This document shows positions 20,029 to 30,343 of a DNA stretch of 64,000 nucleotides, one piece after another. How positions within the stretch are numbered: position 1 is the stretch's first letter; each line of letters starts with the position of its first letter. Both the position numbers and the translations under genes were made by a program. This stretch comes from an uncultured Pseudomonadota bacterium. Its GTDB lineage: Bacteria > Oederibacteriota > Muellerivitia > Muellerivitales > Muellerivitaceae. The notes under the pieces were generated by a model. That model ran no database searches and was not told the origin of the DNA. It worked only from the letters and a program-made list of their open reading frames with translations. The stretch lies in contig CAWJKT010000013.1 of NCBI GenBank assembly GCA_963843375.1, forward strand, positions 1 through 64,000, in the 5' to 3' direction.

Positions 20029-20403
20029 ATGAATAAAGGAAAGAATATTGGTTTGTGGGTAGTGCAGATCCTGCTGGCCGCGGCCTTCGTTTCGGCGGGC
20101 TGGCCCAAGCTCGCAGGTGCGTCCATGATGGTTCAAATGTTCGACCAGATCGGCGTTGGCCAATGGTTCCGTTACGTGACGGGCGCGATCGAGGTGGGGT
20201 CCGCGATTCTTCTGGTTATTCCCGGCATGGCCGGCATCGCGGCGGTCCTGCTCGCCTGCACCATGGTGGGGGCGATTCTGACCCATCTCACCGTGCTGCA
20301 CACTGCGCCCACGGGCCCGGTTGTTTTACTGGTGTTGAGTTTGATCGTGCTGTGGGGCCGGTGGAATCAGGTGGCCGGGCGCCTGGGTCTGACATCGGCC
20401 TGA
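20029..20403 (+). CDS. DoxX family membrane protein
   Basis: Four TM segments, AGWPKL, WFRYVTGAIE, MVGAILTH. Confidence 0.8.
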   Translation: MNKGKNIGLWVVQILLAAAFVSAGWPKLAGASMMVQMFDQIGVGQWFRYVTGAIEVGSAILLVIPGMAGIAAVLLACTMVGAILTHLTVLHTAPTGPVVLLVLSLIVLWGRWNQVAGRLGLTSA

Positions 20404-20418
20404 GCCTCGGGAATCGCG

Positions 20419-21906
20419 TTATCGCGCGCGCACGCAATCCATGGCGCTGATGGCGATGTTCTGCAGCGATAGATACGGGCCGGTGGGGGGGCAGCCCCGG
20501 TCCCACAAGCGGTTTCTCCACAATATGCCTTCGTCCTCGCCTGCAAAGACCCAATGGGTGTGCCTCGCCGAGTAGAACAGCCATACACGGCCCGTGAATC
20601 CCCGCGGAACCATGCGGTCGATATCTTCAGACACCGCCCGTTTGGTGGATGCCAAATGGGTCGCGATTCCGTCCCGGCGGCAGCAGGGCCATCCGGTATC
20701 TCCGTAGATGGCATGATGATCGTGCCAGCCTTCCATCGCCGTGTACAGCTTGAAACCTTCGAGCACCGATGGGTGCACCAGCAGCAGGTCGGACGGCCCC
20801 ACGTGCTGCCGCAGGAGCTGAACGGCGCCTTGAAGATCCTCCAGTGGCAGATTCCTGTGTTCACTGATCTGCGTCCATGCGGCCGTGGCCCCCACGGCCA
20901 TGGCAGTCAGCCACAGGGCTGCGCTAAAGACTGAGGCCATAGGGCGCCATCGTAACAGCGCGCCCGACAGGTCCTCGGCAGTGATCGTGAGCACCAGCAA
21001 AAAACAGGGCAGCGCGAACAGGCGCGTCCGCGGACTGGCCGGGTACCAATGCAACGCGGCACTCACCGCCAGCAACACACAAGGAAGCACAGCCACGATT
21101 TGCATCAAAGTGCGCGTGTCCGGCCGCTTCTTGAGAAGGAACGCCGCGCGCAGGGCCGCTGCGCCACAAAAGGCGGCCGCGACAATCAGTCCCGGAGAAA
21201 GATTCTGCGCGCCCGCGATGAAGTACGACGCGCGCAACTCTGCGGAGAGATTCTGACCGATGAAAACTGCATAGAGAATGGCAAGCAAAACCCCGGCGGC
21301 CAGGACCAGAGAGGCTGCCCGGCGCATGCCGCCGCGCGCCCAAATCACAATCGCAACTCCCGGCAACAGGAAAACGGCCGCCCATGCCATCGGCAGCAAC
21401 AGGAGAAACGCTCCGGCCAGCCAGTAGAACCGGCGGCGGTCCGGGTCCCGCAAATAGAGGAACGTACCGAGCAGGATCACTGCGGAAGCGGCCAGTTCGC
21501 CGCTATATTGTTTGCACGTGCGCGAATACTCGATGACGGCGGGATAAAAGGCCAGCAGGGCGCAGGCCAGAGCGGCGAACGGCGGGGAAAACAAGCGCTT
21601 CGATAGCGCGATCATGCTTGCCACAGCCACCAGGGCGGACGCAAGCGGCACCAGTCGAAACGCGGCGTTTGACATGCCGAATACGTGGACCACGGCTCTC
21701 GTCAACAACAGAAACAATGGAGGGGTGGTCTGAAACTCGCCTGGGTAATAAAACATTCCGGCGAGGTTCGGAGCCAGAACGGAATTGGCCACCCAGGCTT
21801 CGTCCAGCCACAAGCTGCGCCCGATTCCGTAGATTCCGAGTAGCAGCGTCGCCAGCAGGAGCCCGGCCTGCGCAATGCGCCAGCGAAACGCCGTTGGGGC
21901 CGACAT
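20419..21906 (-). CDS. GT-C membrane glycosyltransferase (PMT_2/GT39-like)
   Basis: RSLWLDEA, PPLFLLL, AFRLVP, EYSRTCKQYS, many TM segments. ATG at 21906. Confidence 0.75.
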   Translation of the reverse strand: MSAPTAFRWRIAQAGLLLATLLLGIYGIGRSLWLDEAWVANSVLAPNLAGMFYYPGEFQTTPPLFLLLTRAVVHVFGMSNAAFRLVPLASALVAVASMIALSKRLFSPPFAALACALLAFYPAVIEYSRTCKQYSGELAASAVILLGTFLYLRDPDRRRFYWLAGAFLLLLPMAWAAVFLLPGVAIVIWARGGMRRAASLVLAAGVLLAILYAVFIGQNLSAELRASYFIAGAQNLSPGLIVAAAFCGAAALRAAFLLKKRPDTRTLMQIVAVLPCVLLAVSAALHWYPASPRTRLFALPCFLLVLTITAEDLSGALLRWRPMASVFSAALWLTAMAVGATAAWTQISEHRNLPLEDLQGAVQLLRQHVGPSDLLLVHPSVLEGFKLYTAMEGWHDHHAIYGDTGWPCCRRDGIATHLASTKRAVSEDIDRMVPRGFTGRVWLFYSARHTHWVFAGEDEGILWRNRLWDRGCPPTGPYLSLQNIAISAMDCVRAR

Positions 21907-21941
21907 CCTCAAATTCTACTAACGGCATCTATGATAGAGCC

Positions 21942-22232
21942 GTGACCGTCCTGTCGGCGCCGCCGCCACAACCCGAGCTTTCGATTGTGATGCCGTGCCT
22001 CAACGAAGCCGAGACCCTCGAAGCCTGCATCGGGAAGGCCGCCGGGTTTCTGCGCGCGAGCGGAATTTCGGGCGAGATTGTGATCGGTGACAACGGGTCC
22101 ACCGACCGCTCGGTGGAAATCGCCAAACAGAACGGCGCGCACGTCGTCAACGTGCCTGTGCGCGGCTATGGCGCGGCCATCTTTGACGCCGTAACCGCCT
22201 CTCGCGGGCGCTTTGTCATCATGGGCGATGCC
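21942..22232 (+). CDS. GT2 glycosyltransferase, 5' fragment truncated at the junction
   Basis: LSIVMPCLNEA, IGDNGSTD, RGYGAA. Breaks at FVIMGDA, inside the DxD motif. Confidence 0.8.
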
Positions 22233-22236
22233 TACC
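22229..22236. other. Junction between two unrelated sequences (chimera or contig concatenation)
   Basis: Both flanking genes are truncated here and composition switches abruptly. No IS ends or att site are visible. Confidence 0.9.
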
Positions 22237-22536
22237 CGCAAACTGAATTCCTGTAAAAACAAGGGTCGCTCCCATCCCTATTGAAAAGCCAACCAATAAT
22301 TCCCTTACAACTGCAAAACCAAATGGAAGACCGGGAACCGGTAAAGTTTCAGCCTTAAAATCCACCACCGGGAAAAGGAGAAAAGCAACAAGCAATATCC
22401 AAGAAGCCTTTACCATAACAGGAATATTGCGGCTGCTAAAAACAGGAGCGGACAAAAACAAACCAGCCACTCTCATAAAAATAAGAACAAAAGCCACAAC
22501 ATCTTTTGCGTCAAAATCAAATGGATTTGTTGCCAC
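22233..22536 (-). CDS. fliR: Flagellar export protein FliR, 3'-truncated at the junction
   Basis: LIFMRVAGLFLSAPVFS, RELLVGFSIG, IQFAG. Only about 100 codons are present; lies downstream of fliQ. Confidence 0.88.
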
Positions 22537-22543
22537 GCATTCC

Positions 22544-22813
22544 TCACTTAACGTAATTAGGGAGATTAATCCACAAATTCGAAGTAAAGTTCAAAAGAAT
22601 CAGCATCATCCATTTACCAAAAATGAAAATCGCCATGAAAATAGCGATAATTTTAGGAATAAACGTCAAAGTCATTTCCTGAATTTGCGTAACCGCCTGG
22701 AAAATGGAAACCGCCACGCCTACGGCTAAACCCAGGCCCAAAATAGGCGCGGAAACCAGAAGAGTTATCCAAAGAGCTCGATTAGCAAGATCGGCTATAA
22801 ATTCAACTGTCAT
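22544..22813 (-). CDS. fliQ: Flagellar export protein FliQ
   Basis: SIFQAVTQIQEMTLTFIPK. Confidence 0.95.
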   Translation of the reverse strand: MTVEFIADLANRALWITLLVSAPILGLGLAVGVAVSIFQAVTQIQEMTLTFIPKIIAIFMAIFIFGKWMMLILLNFTSNLWINLPNYVK

Positions 22814-22828
22814 TTCACCCTCGGGTAA

Positions 22829-23582
22829 TTAAAAGCTCAATGCTATTGAACGAACGATTAAGTTCCAACCATCCACCATGATGAAAAGTAATATTTTAAA
22901 GGGTAGCGAAATCAATACGGGCGGAAGCATTAACATTCCCATCGACATCAATACGGAAGCAACCACCATATCAATAATTAAAAACGGAACAAAAATAATA
23001 AAACCCATCTCAAAGGATTTTTTCAATTCACCAATAACAAAAGCAGGGATGAGAACCCAGGTTGAGATATCCGCAGGTGTCCGAGGCCGGCTTGATTTAG
23101 ATAATGCCACAAAAAGAGCCAAATCCTTTTCTCGAACTTGCTTGAACATAAATTGCCGTAATGGCCCCTCAGCTTTTTTAAAAGCTTCAGAAGTTCCTAA
23201 TTTGCCTGCCAAATAGGGAGTAACGGCTTCTTGATCGATTTGCTCAAAAGTCGGCTGCATGGTGAAAAAAGTTAGAAAAAGGGCTAACCCGATCAAAACC
23301 TGGTTCGGCGGGACTTGTTGCGTTGCAAGGCCCTGCCGCAAAAAGGAAAGAATAATAATGATTCGTGTAAAAGAAGTCGTCATGATTAAAATCGCCGGCG
23401 CCAAAGATAAAACAGTTAATACCAGCAATATTTGGATGCTCATCGCCACATCTTGGGGATTCTTAGCCTGATCAATCCCTAACCGAATAGCAGGAAATGG
23501 AATATCCGCGGCATGTAAACCAAAAACAGGAGCCAAAAAAAAAAAGAATCAAAACCAAAAAAAATATTTTATTAAAATTCAA
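22829..23582 (-). CDS. fliP: Flagellar export pore protein FliP; probable TTG start at 23582 with +1 indel in a homopolymer
   Basis: TSFTRIIIILSFLRQG, PPNQVLIGLALFLT, SLPFKILLFIMVDGW. Confidence 0.93.
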
Positions 23583-24271
23583 GCTTCACCATCCGTTGAA
23601 TCAGATGTGGTTTTCTTTTTTTTCATACTCTTCAGTTTTTTCACATAGTCACCGACGATTTGATTGCTTTCTTTAATTATTTTTTGAGTTTCTATTTCTT
23701 GATCGGCGGTTTCGTGTCGGCGTGTAATTTGATTTAAAATTTTCGGAAAACCTTGCGTGGTCGACCGGCGCAAAGAATTCACCTCTTCCACATCCTTAAT
23801 CACGTCTAAACAAGTCATCTCCTCATTCCCAGTTCCAACCACTAATATTCGATCTCCAACTTCCACAAGATAGATTGCTTTTCGAGGGGCAATATAAACG
23901 GATGTTAAAACCTTAACGGGTTTCCCTTCTTCCGCAAATTGATTCCAACCTCTTTTCTCCCAAACAATTTTCAAACCCCATACCGTAAGCACAATTAATC
24001 CAATAATGACAGTTAGCGCCGCCAAAAGACGCAACAGAGTAGCGAATAGACTCGGGGAAGGATTAGGTGTTTCATCAGGCAAAGCCAAAGATTGGCTTTC
24101 TTTTCCCTGGGAGGGATTCGCGTTTTGATTTTGTTCAAAAATCTGGCTACCAGAATCAAGAGCGTAAGTTTTAGAAAAACAACAAAACTGAAAAAAACAA
24201 ACTTCCAAAACCAACCCAAAGGCCAATAATAGATTCCAAGAGGTAATGGGAAATAAAATACTTTTTGGCAT
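23579..24271 (-). CDS. fliO: Flagellar biosynthetic protein FliO/FliZ
   Basis: TM helix followed by VKVLTSVYIAPRKAIYLVEVGDRILVVG. Position between fliY and fliP. Confidence 0.8.
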   Translation of the reverse strand: MPKSILFPITSWNLLLAFGLVLEVCFFQFCCFSKTYALDSGSQIFEQNQNANPSQGKESQSLALPDETPNPSPSLFATLLRLLAALTVIIGLIVLTVWGLKIVWEKRGWNQFAEEGKPVKVLTSVYIAPRKAIYLVEVGDRILVVGTGNEEMTCLDVIKDVEEVNSLRRSTTQGFPKILNQITRRHETADQEIETQKIIKESNQIVGDYVKKLKSMKKKKTTSDSTDGEA

Positions 24272-24298
24272 GGGGTTGAGCCGTTCTTCCGACTCTTA

Positions 24299-25254
24299 TT
24301 ATGCCTGAACCGCGGTCAGCCGTTCCTCAGGATTGATGATTTCAGTGATTCGAACGCCAAAATTCTCGTCGATCACAACTACTTCTCCCTTGGCGATCAA
24401 TTTTTCATTGACCAAGATATCCACGGCTTCGCCGGCTAACTTGTCTAATTCCACTACCGATCCAGGCGCGAGAGCCAGAATCTCTTTCACAAGTTTAGTT
24501 GTCCTTCCAAGTTCAACCGTAAGTTTTAAGGGAACATCCAACAAAAGACCGATGTTTCCTCCCGTCGGCCGCGCCGATCCCAGAAAACTCATTTTCAAGT
24601 TGTTGCATTACAGCACCTCCTAGTGGCGATTGGGTGTTTACATTAGAAACACCGGGTTGAACATTACCGACAGGCGCACTAGCCGCCGGCTTCCCCGTTC
24701 CGGATACAATTTTCGTTGCAACCGGCCCGGGAATACAAAACAACATATCACTCGAAAAAAGATCTTGAACAAAAACGCCAAAAGTTAAAACCGTCCACGC
24801 AGAACCCACCTGAGACAACCGCTGAACTACATTCGGCAGGATCCACCGCTACCGTATTCACCACTTCCCAAAGAACTTTGGAGCCCACCAACTTTTTTCC
24901 ATTCTTTGTAAAGATTTCCGTAATTTGATGAACCACTTCTCCAAATGCGGAAAGATGCAGTTCGGTCATTTTTTCCGGGGCGTTGGTTCCATCCTGTCCA
25001 ATTAATAGGTCGGCAATAATTGACGAATCTTTTTCTTTTGTCAACAAAAACGCCGTTCCATCAACACCGCCTGAGCCCTTCAAAGTGGAAAACAAATATT
25101 GAGAATCCAGGGATGAAGAAATGGCATCCGAGTTTGTGTCTAAAATTTGGGAAAACCCAACCGAAACCTCACGGCCCAAAAGGCCACTTAAGGCTTGAGA
25201 AAGCTCACCCGCCGTTTCCTCCCCTAATGATTGAAGTTTTTCCAAATCAGGCAT
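24299..25254 (-). CDS. fliY: C-ring protein FliY/FliN (CheC-like N domain plus SpoA domain), frameshifted
   Basis: [21 protein letters not shown]-terminal [30 protein letters not shown]. Confidence 0.8.
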
Positions 25255-25269
25255 TGCAACCCTTTTCTT

Positions 25270-26301
25270 TTAAAGTTTGTCTTCTGGAGAGAAAACCCTC
25301 GTCACTTGAAGGGCCTTCTTTTTTGAGGAAACCCCGGGCCGACCCTTTAGTTTCACCAAATTTTCAATCAAAACGTCAATTTCGTTGTGCGGGCTCGTAT
25401 TCAAGCGAATGACATCCCCTGGTTTCAGGCGTAACATTTCTTGCACCGTGATTTGGGCTGCTCCGGCGCGAACTACGATGGGAATAGTCGTCTCTCTCAT
25501 CACCTTGGTTAAATTTTCAACCGTTTCAGCCGTGGATTCTTTCTTTCCGACGGTAAACCACTTTTGAGCGGAAAGGTCGCCAATGATAGGTTCCAAAACC
25601 ACATAAGGAATACACATTGACATTTTTCCCGTAACTTCATTGACCTTGACCTCAAATTCAATCACCGCTGTAATCTCACTCGGGGCCACTATTTGGACAA
25701 ATTGAGCCGTTGTTTCATAACCCGTTAATTTTGGCTGAAAATGACCAACCTTAAGCCATGCTTCTTGAAGTGCTTCCATTCCCCTGTTAAGAATTTTCTC
25801 AATAACCGATTGCTCGATTAATGTTAATTCCCGTGGAGCGGTGGGCGCCTTACCCGGGCCGCCTAATATCCGATCAATCAATGTTAAAACCAACTCCGGA
25901 TTGATCTCCAAGAGGAAGGATCCATCCAAGGGTTCCATTTTCAAAACAAAAATACAATCAGGCCTGGGCAGGGACATAGTGTATTCCCTGAACGGCAATT
26001 GGGTAACCGACACGACTTTAATTTCAGCAACCGTCCGTAAATAGGCGGCGACAGATGCTGTAAACCCACGCGAGAAAATTTCGTGTAACATTTCCAAAGT
26101 TCGCATGTGGTCTTTGGAAAAACGATTTGGCCGATTGAAATCATAGGTTTTGATCTTCCGGCCTTGCTCGTCCACAATAATTCCGGCTTCGGGTGCCGAG
26201 GCAACAGCGCTGGAAGATTCAGAACTTGATCCGCTCGTCATCCCGACATCTAATTCAGAAAGTAGAGCGCTTACCTCGCCATCAGATAATAAATCGTCCA
26301 T
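25270..26301 (-). CDS. fliM: Flagellar motor switch protein FliM
   Basis: YDFNRPNRFSKDHMRTL, IDRILGG, RELTLIE, CIPYVVLEPI. Confidence 0.95.
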   Translation of the reverse strand: MDDLLSDGEVSALLSELDVGMTSGSSSESSSAVASAPEAGIIVDEQGRKIKTYDFNRPNRFSKDHMRTLEMLHEIFSRGFTASVAAYLRTVAEIKVVSVTQLPFREYTMSLPRPDCIFVLKMEPLDGSFLLEINPELVLTLIDRILGGPGKAPTAPRELTLIEQSVIEKILNRGMEALQEAWLKVGHFQPKLTGYETTAQFVQIVAPSEITAVIEFEVKVNEVTGKMSMCIPYVVLEPIIGDLSAQKWFTVGKKESTAETVENLTKVMRETTIPIVVRAGAAQITVQEMLRLKPGDVIRLNTSPHNEIDVLIENLVKLKGRPGVSSKKKALQVTRVFSPEDKL

Positions 26302-26341
26302 AAATTTCCCTCTTTAATTTAAACTTGATCAGGCCCGTATT

Positions 26342-26824
26342 CTATTGTATGGCAAATTGGGTCAAATAAACGTTGGTGACTGCCCCGAATTTCAGCGTTT
26401 CGTTTATCTTCAACTGTAATTCCCGGCGGAACTCTTCTTTTCCCTCCGAGGTGGACAATTCCACGGCCTTTCTGTCACTCAGAAGGGTGTTAACCAGATC
26501 CTTAAATTGGGCATCCCGCTCCTTTATCTCCTTATCCAGTTCCTGATTCACTTGGCTGTATTCTAACTGAACTTGAGCACGAACATATCGGGAGGCTTCT
26601 TCATCGGCCAAATTCACGATAAAGGTTCCTAAATCATAAATTTTACCCGGCTCAGGTTTCTGTTCGATGACTTTCGCTTCTTTTTTAGCGTCAGTCGCAG
26701 CTCCAAGCCTCGTAAAAACGAGAATTCCTAGGCCTATCATTCCCAACAGGGTTATTCCGCTGATAACCAACAAAACGCCCAGTAATCCACGCAATCCCCT
26801 TTCTCCTTGATCTGCCATTTTCAC
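26342..26824 (-). CDS. fliL: Flagellar basal body-associated protein FliL
   Basis: N-terminal TM, FIVNLAD..RYV, EGKEEFRREL, VYLTQFAIQ. Confidence 0.9.
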   Translation of the reverse strand: MKMADQGERGLRGLLGVLLVISGITLLGMIGLGILVFTRLGAATDAKKEAKVIEQKPEPGKIYDLGTFIVNLADEEASRYVRAQVQLEYSQVNQELDKEIKERDAQFKDLVNTLLSDRKAVELSTSEGKEEFRRELQLKINETLKFGAVTNVYLTQFAIQ

Positions 26825-26840
26825 CCCTCCTTTTGATTTA

Positions 26841-27616
26841 CTAATTCAAATTCATGATGACTATGTCGACCCGGCGGTTTATCCGACGATTCGCTTCACT
26901 AATGTTAGGAACCAAAGGCTGATATTCCGCATAACCTGCTGCGGAAAATCTGCTGGGATCCAAACCCTTTTCCATCACAAAATACTTTACCACAGCGGTG
27001 GCACGCAATGCCGATAGTTCCCAATTACTTGGAATTTTGGAAGTCGTAATGGCCAAATCGTCTGTATTCCCCTCCACCGCAATTTTCTTATCTGGTTCTT
27101 TTCTTAAAATATCTGCAATTTCATTCAACACCTCGTGCATTTCGGGTTTGATATGGGTATCGCCCAAATCGAATAAAACTTTATCCGTTAAAAGACTTAT
27201 CACCAAACCTCGAGCTTCTTTACGAATAGAAACTTTATTTGCTCCCAATAAACGCTGAAATGCGGGATGTTTCGGACCCACTATTTCTCCCAGGGACACC
27301 GGAGTAGGCCGAGCCGGACCACCCACCGGTCCACCCTCCCAGGCTCGCCCGGGATAATTTTGTAATTCTCCCCCGGATTCGAACTTTGGGACGGCAAAAT
27401 AGTTGTATTGCCCGGAATCGGACCAAAAACGGCCCGAAATTGAGCCATCATTTCCTGCAAAACAACCGTGCTTTTGGTTGAAGCCGTGGCATACAAAATA
27501 ACAAACATTGCCAAGAGAAGCGTGATCAAGTCAGCATAGGTTAGAAGCCAGCGCATCATACCGCCAGATTCCATTTCCAGCCCCGCTTCATGGCCCCCTT
27601 TTTTACGTTTCGGCAT
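26841..27616 (-). CDS. motB: Flagellar stator protein MotB, frameshifted near 27320
   Basis: WLLTYADLITLL with the conserved Asp; OmpA-like domain SNWELSALRA, NRRVDI. Confidence 0.9.
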
Positions 27617-27655
27617 TAACTATCTCCTAAATCGAATTGCCTTTTGAGTTAAAAC

Positions 27656-28468
27656 CTATTCCTCTTCTTTTCCTTCACCGGCCTTTTGTTGGGCTTCCAT
27701 ATCAAGTTTCATACGTGGGGGCAAGAAAGCTTTTAGTTTTTCCTCAACAATACGGGGATTATCCCCTGCCGAAATAGCCAAAATTCCTTCCAACATAACT
27801 TCTCTTAAAAGCACTTCCTGCTGGCTGTTTTGTTTCAGCTTAAAGGAAAGCGGAAGGAAGATGAGATTAGCAAATGAAATACCATAAAAAGTGGCAACGA
27901 AGGCCGTAGCAATTGAAGCGACCAACGTCGCCGGATCAGTTCCCCCCGCCCCGAAAGAACCCAGAGCATGAACTAGACCCATGACAGTTCCAATAATTCC
28001 GAGTGTCGGAGAAAAACCACCAAAAGTCCCAAAAATGCTTTCTCCAATCTTATGGCGGGATTCCAAAAATGCAATGTCCGTTTCCATAATATTGCGAATC
28101 ATTTCAATGTCAGTACCATCAACAACCAATTGCAAGCCTTTTTTTAAAAATGGATCTTGTATGGCTTCCGCTTCTTCTTCCAAACCCAACAAGCCTTCGC
28201 GACGGGCCTTAGTTGCAAACCCCACCAATTGGGCGACAATCGCCCCAGGATCCAGTTCTTGCTTTTTAAAGGCTTTCTTTATAATCGCCCAAAATTCTTT
28301 AATATTATCGAGAGGAAAACTAATGATCGTGGCGCCAGCCGCACCCACCGCGACGATAAAAAAAGCGGAAAGATTAAAGATAAGATGAGCGGGAACCTCT
28401 TCCCACCAAGCTCCGAACCCGATTCCGAACCAGGCTAAGATAAGCCCTATGACTGTTGCTGTATCCAC
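27656..28468 (-). CDS. motA: Flagellar stator protein MotA
   Basis: ARREGLLGLE, PTLGIIGTVMGL, AFVATFYG, GDNPRIVEEKL. Confidence 0.95.
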   Translation of the reverse strand: MDTATVIGLILAWFGIGFGAWWEEVPAHLIFNLSAFFIVAVGAAGATIISFPLDNIKEFWAIIKKAFKKQELDPGAIVAQLVGFATKARREGLLGLEEEAEAIQDPFLKKGLQLVVDGTDIEMIRNIMETDIAFLESRHKIGESIFGTFGGFSPTLGIIGTVMGLVHALGSFGAGGTDPATLVASIATAFVATFYGISFANLIFLPLSFKLKQNSQQEVLLREVMLEGILAISAGDNPRIVEEKLKAFLPPRMKLDMEAQQKAGEGKEEE

Positions 28469-28472
28469 AATA

Positions 28473-28970
28473 TCACCTCCTCAAATTTTCAGCTGTATCG
28501 GTGCTTACGGCTTTTTGGGCCCGATTATGCCGGACAAATGCGATCGACGAAATTTCATCTAAAAATCTTTGTTCTTCACCCAAAACTTCTTGGGAGTAGG
28601 TTCGGAATTGTTTTTCCTTCAAGTTCTCCAATAATCGCCTTGCCCTGGAAACCTTAATAACCGCTTGGCGACGCTTCTCCACTTCTTTCGCCCATTCTTT
28701 CTCCCGGCGACGGTATTCTTTTTCTTGCCGGGAAAGCCACTCTTTAAAATCGCAATAGGTCATAACCTGGTCGACGCTGAAATTCCCAATTTTTTCAAAA
28801 TCACCAAATTTTCCCAAAAAATCATGTTCCTGCGCCGAATGTGCTCTAATCGCTTCCTCGATTTTCAAAAGTTCCCCTTGGGCCTGGGACAATTCACGAA
28901 CCCGAACCTCCTCAACCTGTTTCCTTAGGTTCAAAACTTGTTCTAACCGAAACTGAAATCGCTTCGCCAT
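28473..28970 (-). CDS. fliJ: Flagellar export protein FliJ
   Basis: FQFRLEQVLNLR, coiled coil, LENLKEK, EQRFLDE. Follows fliI. Confidence 0.88.
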   Translation of the reverse strand: MAKRFQFRLEQVLNLRKQVEEVRVRELSQAQGELLKIEEAIRAHSAQEHDFLGKFGDFEKIGNFSVDQVMTYCDFKEWLSRQEKEYRRREKEWAKEVEKRRQAVIKVSRARRLLENLKEKQFRTYSQEVLGEEQRFLDEISSIAFVRHNRAQKAVSTDTAENLRR

Positions 28971-28977
28971 ATCTATC

Positions 28978-30322
28978 TCAATTCAAAAAGCTTTTCATTT
29001 TTTGAAGCGTATCATTCCAAACCGCGTTTTCCTCACGCGATTGCCGCAAAAAAACTTGAACAGAATCAAGTCGTTTTATGGCTTCGTCCACCTTTGGGTT
29101 GCTTCCTTTTACATAAGCCCCAATGGAAATCAGATCCTCAACACTTTTATAAGTCGCCAAAACAGAGCGGATTTTTCCCGCTGCTTCCAATTGTTCTTTC
29201 CCGACAATATCCCGCATCACGCGGGAAACACTATTTAACACATCAATGGCCGGATAATGATTTTGAGCCGCCAATTCCCTCGACAAAACAACATGTCCAT
29301 CCAATATAGCCCGACAAGAATCCGCCACCGGTTCATTCATGTCATCCGCTTCAACCAAAATCGTGTAAAGCCCTGTAATGCTTCCTTGATGAGCCGTAGT
29401 ACCCGCCCTTTCTAATAGCTTCGGCAAAAGGGCAAAAACCGAGGGTGTATACCCTTTCGTCGTGGGAGGCTCTCCAATCGCCAAACCCACTTCCCTTTGG
29501 GCCATAGCAAACCGAGTAATGGAATCCATCATCAACATCACTCGTTTCCCTTGATCACGGAAATATTCCGCAACCGCCGTGGCCACCAAGGCCGCTTGGA
29601 TTCGAATGAGGGAAGGTTGATCGGAAGTGGCAACCACCACCACACTACGAGCCAACCCTCTTTCCCCCAAGTCCCTTTCTAAAAAGTCTCTCACTTCCCT
29701 ACCGCGTTCCCCCACTAAGTCCAATCACATTAATATCCGCTTCGCTGTTACTGGCGATCATTCCCAATAAAGTGCTTTTTCCAACACCCGAACCCGCAAA
29801 AATCCCAAGACGTTGCCCTTCGCCCAATGTTAAAAGTGAATCAATTGCTCTCACACCCGTGGCAACCGGCATTTCAATCCGACGCCGCTCCATCGCAGGA
29901 GGCGGCTCACGGTGAATGGGATAACTTTCCTTTGTAGGACCCAGGGGACCTTTCCCATCCAAAGGTTTTCCCATTGCGTCAATCACTCGACCCAATAAGA
30001 CTGTCGCCAACCGGAATCTTAAAAGGCTGCTCCGGTTCTAACTACTTCACTTCCGGGACCTAAACCCCTCATCTCTCCCAAAGGCATCAACAAAACATGA
30101 TTTTGGCGAAAACCCACCACTTCAGCCAAAACCGGCTGTCCTTGACCATCCGAAGAAGTTATCCAGCAAGCCTCGCCAACCGATGCCGATAGGACCCGTG
30201 GACTCAATCACTAAACCTACCACCTGCTCAACCCTCCCGTTGACGCGGGTAATATCCACTCCCTCTAACCGCTTTTTTAAATCATCTAAAGGCGGGAGAA
30301 TATCATTTAAAGCAAGATTCAT
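28978..30322 (-). CDS. fliI: Flagellar export ATPase FliI, split by several indels
   Basis: [12 protein letters not shown]alker [32 protein letters not shown]. Confidence 0.93.
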
Positions 30323-30343
30323 TTCGGCTTTCCCAGCTTTCTT

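Noticed and set aside
355..22262. Many long overlapping alternative-frame ORFs (e.g. 9706-11229, 16101-17510, 6677-7771)
   Set aside because: Expected in high-GC DNA; Arg/Ala/Gly-rich with no recognisable motifs, and they overlap well-supported genes
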